DNA of 41,990 nt from a virus (lineage: Duplodnaviria > Caudoviricetes). The notes beneath the pieces were generated by a model that had not been told where the DNA came from, ran no database searches, and saw nothing but the letters and a program-made list of their open reading frames with translations. The position numbers were made by a program, and so were the translations under genes. The DNA lies in IMG/VR virus record IMGVR_UViG_3300042868_009723, positions 1 through 41,990 of that record; one strand, given 5' to 3'. Positions 18,695 through 27,234 of the stretch are shown piece by piece. The stretch's first letter is position 1. Every line of letters begins with the position of its first letter.

Positions 18695-20221
18695 TTAGAA
18701 CTTTGTGATGGAAAACGGCGCAACTTGATAACTAACAACTTCGTCATACGAATTTGTATCTTCGTCATAGTAATACTGTGTAGCACCCTCGAGTTCACTA
18801 ACTGATGTATTATATAAACCAATTGAATATTCCTCAACGACTGTTTTATCACTAACAGTACCCTTAATACCAAATAAGTACACACCTGGTGCTAGTGATG
18901 GGTCAATAGTTTCGGTATTAACAGTCAAAATTCCTGTTGATAAATCTAATGACGCCCATTGAGGCAAGGGCGCAAAGTTGAGAATGCCAAAATCTGTGCC
19001 ATCAACAAGATTTAGCTCTAAATCCTTTGTTGTGGTCTGGCCTAACTGTGCATTTAAAATTCTACCAGATGGTAAGTTTCCTAAGGTAATTTGGTTTGCT
19101 AAAGATACTGTTAACACTGAACGGTTAACATTTGCTGTAGAAATCGCCGAGTCTGCATCAAAAGTGATCGCACTTGCGCCTTTCAAATGACCTTCTTGTA
19201 GAATAATATCTTTTAACTCCGACGAAGTTTTTCCAGGAAGTTTAGTCGCCCATTGTACAGCAGCACCAGCAACTAATCCTGCAGAAATACTTGTACCTGA
19301 AATCACTCCGTATGCATCAGTAGCTGTTTTTGCTGCACATGATACGTTGACTCCTAGTGCAAAGATATCCAACGCCGCGCCGTAGTTATTATTATATGGT
19401 GTAGTAGGGTCAGTCCAGGGAACGTTTGTGAACGATGTCACTGCGTAGTCTTGATTGTATGAACCAACGGTGAGTACTACGTTGACGCCCGCGGGAGATA
19501 CAGTGTTAACATCTACTCCGTCATTACCAGCAGCAGCTACTACAATCAAATTACTAGAGTTCATCTCTGTAATTTTGTTATCCAAAAAGTTATTTTGTGG
19601 GGTGACCCATGGTAAGCACACTACTTTAACCTGAGATGGATTCGAACCTAAGTGATGAGCTAACACTTCATCTAGCGCATCAACGATTTCCCCAATCGTA
19701 ATATTACCAGTACCTGTATCAAACAGTTTAACATTATGTAAGGTAGCATCTTTAGAGACGCCCTGAGTGTTGCCAACAATGACACTTGCTACCGCAGTAC
19801 CGTGTCCTGCATTATCAGAGAAGTCAGAACCAAAATTACTGTACAAGTTGTTAATAGTTCTTCCTACAAACTGCTCGTGTTCAGCATAAAGACCCGTATC
19901 AACCAAGTAAACATGACCGCCTGCACCTGCATTTTGTGGAGTGTATCCTAAAGGTGCTTCACCAATAACACTAGATGCAGCCAAGTTAGTTAAGTGATTC
20001 TGATTTAATTCTTGTACTGAAACAGTTGTGGGGGTATTTTTCTCAATTGATTCTGTTACCCCGCTGATAGCAGCTAGCTGCTCAACAGTTGACTCAATTT
20101 CAAAAGTTAATGAAAATGCATATGACTTTATTACAGCAGCACCAGATGCAGTAATAGCTGCTTGTGCAGCAACATTATCTGCATGTACTCCTGAGTCAAG
20201 TGTAATTAAATATCTAGCCAT
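18695..20221 (-). CDS. S8 subtilisin/proteinase K-like serine protease with I9-like propeptide and C-terminal Ig-like domain
   Basis: VDTG, GHGTAVAS, AAGN, SGTS catalytic motifs; start revised to MARYLIT (GGAG SD at 20227-20230). Confidence 0.9.
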   Translation of the reverse strand: MARYLITLDSGVHADNVAAQAAITASGAAVIKSYAFSLTFEIESTVEQLAAISGVTESIEKNTPTTVSVQELNQNHLTNLAASSVIGEAPLGYTPQNAGAGGHVYLVDTGLYAEHEQFVGRTINNLYSNFGSDFSDNAGHGTAVASVIVGNTQGVSKDATLHNVKLFDTGTGNITIGEIVDALDEVLAHHLGSNPSQVKVVCLPWVTPQNNFLDNKITEMNSSNLIVVAAAGNDGVDVNTVSPAGVNVVLTVGSYNQDYAVTSFTNVPWTDPTTPYNNNYGAALDIFALGVNVSCAAKTATDAYGVISGTSISAGLVAGAAVQWATKLPGKTSSELKDIILQEGHLKGASAITFDADSAISTANVNRSVLTVSLANQITLGNLPSGRILNAQLGQTTTKDLELNLVDGTDFGILNFAPLPQWASLDLSTGILTVNTETIDPSLAPGVYLFGIKGTVSDKTVVEEYSIGLYNTSVSELEGATQYYYDEDTNSYDEVVSYQVAPFSITKF

Positions 20222-20265
20222 TTGTGCTCCATAATATGGTTGGGTTACCAGTAAATTTATATAAG

Positions 20266-20271
20266 TATTTA
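20266..20271 (-). promoter_or_regulatory. T4-late-like promoter for the S8 protease
   Basis: gaTAAATA on the minus strand in the divergent intergenic region. Confidence 0.6.
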
Positions 20272-20290
20272 TCATACTTAGGAGGTTAGT

Positions 20291-21295
20291 GTGAATTTAC
20301 TGGATCCAGCAGAGTTTTATCAAGGTTTTAATATTAACTATAACACTAGAACAATTAAGGCTCTAGCTAACACTGATACAGCGCACAATACATTGCTTCC
20401 TTTATGGGCTGAAAAATTTAAAAACTTTACGGCAGTAAACATGTGTCTAAGTGGTGGGATCGACAGTCAATTCGTACTGTCAATGCTTAATAAATTAGAA
20501 AAAGATATCACTGTATACATTTTTTCTTTTGTGTGGGAGGACTGCGTATTTAATGCTCCCGATGTTCTTCATGCTATTCGTTACTGTGAGAGATACGGTT
20601 ATGAGTATACAAACATAGAAATTAATTATAAAGAGATGTTAGATGGTAGTGATTTTTTAAACTATTGTCGTAAGTACAAAGCTAGGAGTCCGCAAATAAG
20701 CCTTCAACTAAAAATGCTTGATTATATAGATAGCAGTAATCCTACTTTTTTAGGCGGCGACATTCCTATGTTAGATTATGATTTTGATAATCAAACAGCT
20801 AGTATGCAAGGCATGAAATATCAACCATTTATAACTTATGCATTCTTAAATTACGCACAACAAAACAATCGAATTATAATAAAAGAAATGTTTAGAATGA
20901 CCCCAGAAAGTCATGCTATAGCATATAACGAATTACTAAAGACTGTGAAAAAACATAAGATTGTGATTCCTTCTAGCGGAAGTGGCGCAGGCCAAACACA
21001 GCCATTGCGCTTATTATTCTATCGCGATTTGGGCGCAGATATACTTCCGCCGCTACTAAAAAATACTGGGTTTGAAATATTAAAAATGCACTTAGCAAAA
21101 AAGACAGGTGTATATAATCAGTATGACATAACTTATCGATACCCGATAGAAGAATTTCTTCAAAGTGAAGATTTGCACAGACCGTTTAACATAATCGTTC
21201 CTAAATGTTTAACTGAAATAAAACAAGCATTTGAGGATTTTTGTAAAACAACACCTGATATAAAACCAATAGAACTGTATAACTTCATACTTTAA
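20291..21295 (+). CDS. PP-loop ATP pyrophosphatase (asparagine-synthetase C-terminal-like), no glutaminase domain
   Basis: LSGGIDSQ motif; GGAGG SD before the GTG start. Confidence 0.65.
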   Translation: MNLLDPAEFYQGFNINYNTRTIKALANTDTAHNTLLPLWAEKFKNFTAVNMCLSGGIDSQFVLSMLNKLEKDITVYIFSFVWEDCVFNAPDVLHAIRYCERYGYEYTNIEINYKEMLDGSDFLNYCRKYKARSPQISLQLKMLDYIDSSNPTFLGGDIPMLDYDFDNQTASMQGMKYQPFITYAFLNYAQQNNRIIIKEMFRMTPESHAIAYNELLKTVKKHKIVIPSSGSGAGQTQPLRLLFYRDLGADILPPLLKNTGFEILKMHLAKKTGVYNQYDITYRYPIEEFLQSEDLHRPFNIIVPKCLTEIKQAFEDFCKTTPDIKPIELYNFIL

Positions 21296-21301
21296 TAAAT
21301 A
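21296..21301 (+). promoter_or_regulatory. T4-late-like promoter upstream of a candidate ncRNA
   Basis: TAAATA-ctact-G; no ORF follows. Confidence 0.6.
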
Positions 21302-21306
21302 CTACT

Positions 21307-21395
21307 GTGTCCTAGGACCGTAAAAGCGGCAGGGCGTCAACAGCGGGAACTGCTGGGTAACAAATGATTCGCTACCATTTGTGCCATAGTGCCAC
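21307..21395 (+). ncRNA. candidate structured non-coding RNA (unknown family)
   Basis: GC-rich island in an AT-rich spacer; hairpins CCGT-AAAA-GCGG, CAGCGG-GAA-CTGCTG, ACAAATG-ATTCGCTAC-CATTTGT; begins at the predicted late TSS. Confidence 0.55.
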
Positions 21396-21473
21396 TCATA
21401 ATTAAGTACATAGATATTCCATTATGTAAAACAGATAAATATTGTATAAGATAATTATGGGAGTAATTAAAAC

Positions 21474-21641
21474 ATGTCTAATAAGACTCCGTATGAGATA
21501 AGATTGGATCTGGTTAAAGAAGCCAGAGAAATCTTGCAGGGTAAGGCAAAGAATCATGAAGATATGCCCAGTACCGAAGATGTTATTGCTGAAGCAGAAA
21601 AGCTTAATGATTTTGTAAGCAAAAAACCTAACGACAAATAA
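21474..21641 (+). CDS. small hypothetical protein (55 aa)
   Basis: TAAATA at 21436-21441, GGAG SD; MSNKTPYEIRLDLVKEAREILQGKAKNHEDMPSTEDVIAEAEKLNDFVSKKPNDK*; followed by a terminator. Confidence 0.8.
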   Translation: MSNKTPYEIRLDLVKEAREILQGKAKNHEDMPSTEDVIAEAEKLNDFVSKKPNDK

Positions 21642-21659
21642 TTTTAGTATATTTCGTTT

Positions 21660-21689
21660 AAATAGGCACATTACCGTGCCTATTTTTTT
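21660..21689 (+). terminator. rho-independent terminator
   Basis: AATAGGCAC-attacc-GTGCCTATT followed by a T run. Confidence 0.85.
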
Positions 21690-21723
21690 GTCTGTAAAAT
21701 TTTCATATCATAAATATTCACAA

Positions 21724-21799
<76 letters not shown>

Positions 21800-21824
21800 T
21801 ACCAAATAAAACATAAGTCGAGAA

Positions 21825-22439
21825 ATGGCGTTGATAGAGCATATCATAGACAATAAAAAAGTACACATACACGACAATGTACTATCAGCAAGACTTATAG
21901 AAAAGTGGATTAATTTCTACGAAAACGACGCTTCTTTTACCCTTGCTAGTGTGGAACATTCTGGTGTTATTGGTTCATCTGTATTTTTTTACATGCCGCT
22001 AGATTTGAAAGATCGAATTGAAACATTTGAAATTGATACTTGGTTGCTTCCGTATATGCAGCAATTCGATCCAGAATTCACATTTTCACACCTTCATAGG
22101 TCCTACCTTAATATTTTAACTAACGGCGATCAAAATACAGGACATGTTGATTCTACAAATCAGTATCTTGTATGCTTACTTTTTATGAATCCTTATGTTG
22201 AGAATGGCAGCGACAGCGGATTCTACATAGAGGATTTACATATTGAAAATAAATTTAATAGGATGATTGTATTTGATGGAAGACTATTTCATAAAGCGCA
22301 AATACCATCTGATGATTTTGTTAGATTGACATTATATTTTGGTTTCAACTTTAACAAAACCCGTTCATCTCTTCAAAAAGAAATGTATCATCATGGTATT
22401 AAGAAAAATCGATGGTTTAAATCAATAAAACAAGTTTAA
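21825..22439 (+). CDS. 2OG-Fe(II) oxygenase
   Basis: GHVD, NRMIVFDGRLFH, R.TL motifs. Confidence 0.8.
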   Translation: MALIEHIIDNKKVHIHDNVLSARLIEKWINFYENDASFTLASVEHSGVIGSSVFFYMPLDLKDRIETFEIDTWLLPYMQQFDPEFTFSHLHRSYLNILTNGDQNTGHVDSTNQYLVCLLFMNPYVENGSDSGFYIEDLHIENKFNRMIVFDGRLFHKAQIPSDDFVRLTLYFGFNFNKTRSSLQKEMYHHGIKKNRWFKSIKQV

Positions 22440-22493
22440 ACTTATTTGATCATATAAGTAAAATTTATAAACACACAGGAATGTTAGAAAATT

Positions 22494-23450
22494 ATGTCAA
22501 ACAGAAATCAACGTAGAACAGCTAATAAGTCTGAAAAGAAACAAGCTGCACCCGGAAATCCCGTAAAAGACAACTCAGTACCAACAGATGACGTAATGTA
22601 TCGTTTGTTAGATGCTAAAATTGAAATCCCCGTAGGACTACTTAGACAAAAGCACATCTTTATTGCTACACCCTGTTACGGTGGACAAATTGGCGAACCG
22701 TATTTTCGTAGTATGATGCGTCTAGCTATTCTTTGCAATAAGTTTGATATCAAATACACTATTAGCACACTGGCTAACGAAAGTCTTATTACTCGAGGCC
22801 GTAACACATTGGTTAGTTTCTTTATGGAGAACAAGGATGCTACGCACTTGTTCTTTATCGATGCTGACATTGAATTCAACCCAGAGGACTTACTACGCCA
22901 AGTAGCCTATGACAAGCCCGTTGTTGTTGGTGCATATCCAAAGAAGGCTATTAACTGGGACAGTATCATTAGTGCTGCTCGCAATCCAGACCTAGATGAA
23001 AATGCACAAAGCATTGAAGGTCATAGTTCTAACTATGTTGTAAACTTTGACTTCCTCAAGGACGAGAACGGCAATCGCACACCACAGGTACAAATTGTTG
23101 ATAACCTAGTAAGACTTAAGGATGCAGGAACAGGTTTCATGTGCATCAAGAAAGAAGTTATTCAGCAGATGATGGACGCCCACCCAGAACTCAAATATGT
23201 TAATGACATCAACGTTGATCAAAAGTTTGAGCCATTTATGTATGCACTATTTGACACAATGATTGACCCTGAAAGCAGACGCTATCTTAGCGAAGACTAC
23301 ATGTTCTGTCGCTTGTGGCAGAACATGGGCGGTGATGTATATCTGGATCCTCGCACAGCACTTAACCACGTAGGTCATTACACCTTCCGTGGAAACATTC
23401 GCAAGCTATTTACTGGCGAAAACAAGCATAACAGGAAGCAAAACGTATAA
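22494..23450 (+). CDS. GT-A fold glycosyltransferase-like protein
   Basis: IATPCYGG, SLITRGRN, FIDADI (DxD), GTGFM, SEDY.FC, HVG. Confidence 0.8.
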   Translation: MSNRNQRRTANKSEKKQAAPGNPVKDNSVPTDDVMYRLLDAKIEIPVGLLRQKHIFIATPCYGGQIGEPYFRSMMRLAILCNKFDIKYTISTLANESLITRGRNTLVSFFMENKDATHLFFIDADIEFNPEDLLRQVAYDKPVVVGAYPKKAINWDSIISAARNPDLDENAQSIEGHSSNYVVNFDFLKDENGNRTPQVQIVDNLVRLKDAGTGFMCIKKEVIQQMMDAHPELKYVNDINVDQKFEPFMYALFDTMIDPESRRYLSEDYMFCRLWQNMGGDVYLDPRTALNHVGHYTFRGNIRKLFTGENKHNRKQNV

Positions 23451-24304
23451 TGAGTAAATCAATTATTTCAGTATTATTGCCCACCAGAGGGCGTAGAGAA
23501 GTTTTAAAGAGCAGTTTAGAAAGCTTAATCTCTAAAGCAACGGATCCTGAAAACGTAGAACTACTGTTGGGTATCGATGACGATGACGAAGGCGCCCGCG
23601 AATACATTGAGCAAGAAATTGCACCAATGTTACGAGAATATAGAGTGGAGTGTAGAGCAAACATCTTTAAGCCACTAGGTTACGAAAATCTACATGTTTA
23701 TGTGAACACACTTGCAGGCAATGCTAGCGGTGACTGGTTATTCTTTTGGAACGACGACGGTATAATGGTTACTGATGGTTGGGACGATGTTATTCGCAGC
23801 TACACAGGGCAGTTTAAATTACTAGCACCTCGTGACAATCATGACGGTCATCCCTATGCTATTTTTCCTATCGTACCACGCGATTGGTTTACATTAGTTG
23901 ATCACCTCAGTCAGAACGCACAAAACGATGCATGGTTAAGTCACATTGCATACATGTTGGATATATTTGAGCGTATTGATGTTGAGTTTATTCATGACCG
24001 GGCTGACATTACTGGCAACAACGACGATCCCACATTCCAAAACCGTAAGTACATGGAAGGTAATCCTAGCGATCCTAAAGACTTTGGCCATCCAGGTATG
24101 CAACAAGCTCGTGTAGCAACTGCGTACAAGATTGCGTGGTTCTTAAATAGAATTGGGCAGCACAGTGATTGGTGGGATGGTGTTGTAGCCGGAACTCAAG
24201 ACCCGTTTGAAAAAATGAAATGGGTAGACGGGGTTAAAGGCGCCGGCCAGCTAAACGCAGTTGAAAAAAATCGTATCTCAGACGAAGAAACAATTACGCT
24301 TTAA
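23450..24304 (+). CDS. family 2-like glycosyltransferase
   Basis: ISVLLPTRGR, ELLLGIDDDD, FFWNDD. Confidence 0.85.
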   Translation: MSKSIISVLLPTRGRREVLKSSLESLISKATDPENVELLLGIDDDDEGAREYIEQEIAPMLREYRVECRANIFKPLGYENLHVYVNTLAGNASGDWLFFWNDDGIMVTDGWDDVIRSYTGQFKLLAPRDNHDGHPYAIFPIVPRDWFTLVDHLSQNAQNDAWLSHIAYMLDIFERIDVEFIHDRADITGNNDDPTFQNRKYMEGNPSDPKDFGHPGMQQARVATAYKIAWFLNRIGQHSDWWDGVVAGTQDPFEKMKWVDGVKGAGQLNAVEKNRISDEETITL

Positions 24305-24312
24305 TTACTAAC

Positions 24313-24984
24313 GTGTTCAACCGACTGCAATCTTTTGGGTGTAGTTTTACTTACGGCCAAGGTTTATCAGACTGTTTTCATATTGAAAACAGTATAGATC
24401 CTAGCAAAGATAACTACACCCCCCCAAGCAAGTTTGCGTGGCCGGCCCAGCTGGCAGAAAACCTATCTATACAGCATACTAATAATTCGCAGCCAGGTTC
24501 TAGTAACAAATACATATTGTACAAAATTCTAGAAGCAGATATCGAGTCATCTGATATTGTTGCAATAATGTGGACCAGCTTCATACGACATTCAGTTATT
24601 ATTGATAAACAAAATCATATGATTACACCTTGGCGTAAGGATGATAGTGCTACATTAAGTTATTATTCCTTTTTGTACAACGCACACGACTCTGAAATTA
24701 CTAATGTACAATATATAAACTATGCTAATCTTTATTTAAAATCCAAAGGTTGTAAGGTTCTAAACTTTTGTTTTTTTAACAACATGGAAAAGAGCTCTAT
24801 GCAATCTAGACTGGATAACTATAGTTGGAATAATGTTTTTATAGATATAGTCTTCGATGATTTTATAAAGCACGGTCTGTCCAAAGACAATTCCCATCCA
24901 TCGGAAAGTGCCCACAAAGCATTTTCTACCCGATCATCTAAATACATTAAAAACAGCTTGACAAATATTGCAGATATGTTATAG
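24313..24984 (+). CDS. SGNH-like protein
   Basis: FGCSFTYG, PGSSN, D.SHP...H. Confidence 0.7.
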   Translation: MFNRLQSFGCSFTYGQGLSDCFHIENSIDPSKDNYTPPSKFAWPAQLAENLSIQHTNNSQPGSSNKYILYKILEADIESSDIVAIMWTSFIRHSVIIDKQNHMITPWRKDDSATLSYYSFLYNAHDSEITNVQYINYANLYLKSKGCKVLNFCFFNNMEKSSMQSRLDNYSWNNVFIDIVFDDFIKHGLSKDNSHPSESAHKAFSTRSSKYIKNSLTNIADML

Positions 24985-24985
24985 T
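24958..24985 (+). promoter_or_regulatory. sigma70-type promoter
   Basis: TTGACA-16 nt-TATAGT with TGn extension; ATG 6 nt downstream. Confidence 0.7.
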
Positions 24986-24991
24986 AATACT

Positions 24992-25531
24992 ATGACAACA
25001 CATGCAATGATCGATATCGAAACACTGGGTACTGACCCCGACTGCGTAGTACTCAGTGTTGGTGCTGTTAAGTTTAATCCTTTTACACTTAACGAACCAC
25101 ACTCTAAAACACTTTGGCGACCCAGCGCAGACGAACAGTTAAACGCTGACCGCAGTGTTGATCAAGGCACAATCGAGTGGTGGGGCAAGCAAGCAGCACA
25201 TATTCAAGAAGAAGCGTTTAGCGATTTTGGGCGTATTGACCTAGACATGTTCTTTAAAGATCTAAATCGCTATCTAGTTGGTGTAGATAAAATTTGGTGT
25301 CAAGGTCCGCAATTTGACATGGTTATTTTAGAAGATCTATATCGACAATTTAATCATCACAAGGGTTGGGCATACTGGCAGATCAGTGATTGCCGCACAA
25401 TCTTTAATATGATGCCTGTGGATCCTCGCAAAGCAATTCAGCAAAACTTACATAGTGCAGATGAAGACTCATACTGGCAGGCAGTATGTGTGCAACGAAC
25501 CTTTCAACATTTTGGAGTACAACCACGATGA
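24992..25531 (+). CDS. DEDD 3'-5' exonuclease (DexA/Rv2179c-like)
   Basis: MIDIETLG, WCQGPQFD, DCRT, HSADED; start revised to MTTHAM. Confidence 0.85.
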   Translation: MTTHAMIDIETLGTDPDCVVLSVGAVKFNPFTLNEPHSKTLWRPSADEQLNADRSVDQGTIEWWGKQAAHIQEEAFSDFGRIDLDMFFKDLNRYLVGVDKIWCQGPQFDMVILEDLYRQFNHHKGWAYWQISDCRTIFNMMPVDPRKAIQQNLHSADEDSYWQAVCVQRTFQHFGVQPR

Positions 25532-26355
25532 ATGATGATGAAGATAATATGTCTATTATCCTCGGCCACGGCACGGCAGCAAGTGATACAATTATTATGA
25601 GCTGTGATGAAGAAACCGACGTAACTCTACCACCACCTACGTTTACTATCAGAAATGCTACTCCGTACAAGCCTAATCCTTTTGATGATATTTTCGGAAG
25701 GTCTTCTACTGAAACTAAAGAATCTGTAGTACACGACCTAGATTTTGATCCACTAGCATCTATTATTGAGCTTAAGGCAGGCGGGCAGTTTCCTGCTATT
25801 GAGTTAATCCAACGTCATGTACCAAATAAGGAAACTGTTGAGCTAGCACAGACTATCCGTGAATATTTTCTCGATAAAGTAATTACACAGAAACTAAGCG
25901 GGCAGTTCCGAGACAGTGACTTTAAGCGTGATATGGTAAAGGCGCTAAAACTTAGTGCTAAGTGTGTTCTCGAAGAGCCGCATATTAGACTGTTATACCG
26001 TATGGATGACTTCTATAAAGAAGATACATTTAAAGAACGTATTGCAGCAGAGCATACTACCCTGCCAAGCGGTATTGATTTAGAACTTAACCGTACACCG
26101 GTTACCTACATTGGCAGCATTGATATTTTCCGCAGAGGTAGTAAGACTAAGGAGTTTTACTTTAAAACCGACACTGACCATGTTGTGATCCTTAAATCTA
26201 TGCGTAGCGATTGGCTGCTGCCTGTAACTGCTGTGTTTGACCATGTTAAGCAACTATGGCTAAGTGCTGATGCTCGTCCTGTTAAAATTCGCGAACATGA
26301 GTTTGTAATAGCAGAACTTGGTCCTAAATATACTGTAGACAACTTCGTATTTTAA
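25528..26355 (+). CDS. hypothetical protein
   Basis: Long ORF; start revised to the ATGA overlap at 25528. Confidence 0.65.
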   Translation: MNDDEDNMSIILGHGTAASDTIIMSCDEETDVTLPPPTFTIRNATPYKPNPFDDIFGRSSTETKESVVHDLDFDPLASIIELKAGGQFPAIELIQRHVPNKETVELAQTIREYFLDKVITQKLSGQFRDSDFKRDMVKALKLSAKCVLEEPHIRLLYRMDDFYKEDTFKERIAAEHTTLPSGIDLELNRTPVTYIGSIDIFRRGSKTKEFYFKTDTDHVVILKSMRSDWLLPVTAVFDHVKQLWLSADARPVKIREHEFVIAELGPKYTVDNFVF

Positions 26356-26356
26356 T

Positions 26357-26638
26357 ATGTACACATTAGATCAAGCTAACGAATTTCAAAAAGATTTTGA
26401 ATACATTATTAACAGTGAACGTCGAATAGGTATGGAAACTGGTCGAGAATTCGTAACACTGTTTTTCAACCACGGCGGAGTGGTGCGTGAATATTATCGC
26501 GATAAGCGAGCTGAAGCAACAATGCCTAAAGATAAAACGTACCTAGCACTAAAAGCTAAATACTTTTCCGCAAACAATTTATCAATTTTTTATCCTAACG
26601 AATTCAAAAAACATCTTGACAACGACGAAGAAGTTTAG
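26357..26638 (+). CDS. hypothetical protein (93 aa)
   Basis: Abuts the upstream stop; fills the gap. Confidence 0.65.
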   Translation: MYTLDQANEFQKDFEYIINSERRIGMETGREFVTLFFNHGGVVREYYRDKRAEATMPKDKTYLALKAKYFSANNLSIFYPNEFKKHLDNDEEV

Positions 26639-26644
26639 TATAGT
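26616..26644 (+). promoter_or_regulatory. sigma70-type promoter for the tRNA-Arg/ncRNA unit
   Basis: TTGACA-17 nt-TATAGT. Confidence 0.75.
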
Positions 26645-26681
26645 ATATAAGTTAGCTAGGAGTTAGCGAAAAAGTTTTTAT

Positions 26682-26758
<77 letters not shown>

Positions 26759-26784
26759 GACAACCGAGGGAAAGACGAGGGCAA

Positions 26785-26889
26785 GAATTAGACGGGGCCG
26801 TCATTGTGTTGAAAACTTCGAAAGAAGTGGCTTCGTGAGGTGCAGTATCATTAGATACAACTCGAGACTACGAGTGCGGGGTCTAGTTC
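26785..26889 (+). ncRNA. candidate structured non-coding RNA between tRNAs
   Basis: Closing helix GAATTAGAC/GTCTAGTTC; hairpins ACTTC-GAAA-GAAGT, GTATC-ATTA-GATAC, ACTCG-AGACTA-CGAGT; GGGGCC/GGCTTC helix. Confidence 0.6.
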
Positions 26890-26934
26890 AATTAATTGAG
26901 TAGAATGTATAGTTTAGTATTAAATAGTTTTCAT

Positions 26935-27017
26935 GTCCGCGTGGTGAAATAGGTAGACACAAGAGACTTAAAATCTCTCGCGAAAGCGTCCCGGTTCGAG
27001 TCCGGGCGTGGACACCA
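26935..27017 (+). tRNA. trnL: tRNA-Leu(TAA)
   Basis: Class II cloverleaf with CGC-GAAA-GCG variable arm; AGAGA-CTTAAAA-TCTCT; CCA; TAAATA at 26921-26926. Confidence 0.96.
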
Positions 27018-27033
27018 GTTTAAAGGAATAAGC

Positions 27034-27222
27034 ATGTCTATAGAAATTGCAATAGTTGTAGGTTATGTTGTTGGTTCTATTGTTACCGGTATCATGGCAT
27101 ATAAACGCGGCGTTATTCGCGGTTCAGGCGCAACAGTGGATCTGCTTATTTCTGCAAACTTTGTTAAGTGGCGTAAAGTAAACGGCGAGATTGAACTCTG
27201 CCCCCTAGATAGCAAAGACTAA
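27034..27222 (+). CDS. small membrane protein (62 aa)
   Basis: AAGGA SD; hydrophobic N-terminal helix. Confidence 0.7.
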   Translation: MSIEIAIVVGYVVGSIVTGIMAYKRGVIRGSGATVDLLISANFVKWRKVNGEIELCPLDSKD

Positions 27223-27234
27223 GAGGACACATTA

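Noticed and set aside
11799-21295. Lasso peptide cluster (transglutaminase-like + AsnB-like)
   Set aside because: The two genes are about 8 kb apart, and no RRE domain or lasso-type precursor was found.
21296-21340. Twister ribozyme resemblance (GTCCTAGGACCGTAAAAGCGGCAGGG)
   Set aside because: Lacks the conserved AAGC loop segment and a closing P4 helix; the similarity is superficial. No hammerhead CUGAUGA core either.
26794-26889. tmRNA or pseudo-tRNA (starts GGGGCCG)
   Set aside because: No matching acceptor stem, T-arm or CCA, no tag ORF, and too short.
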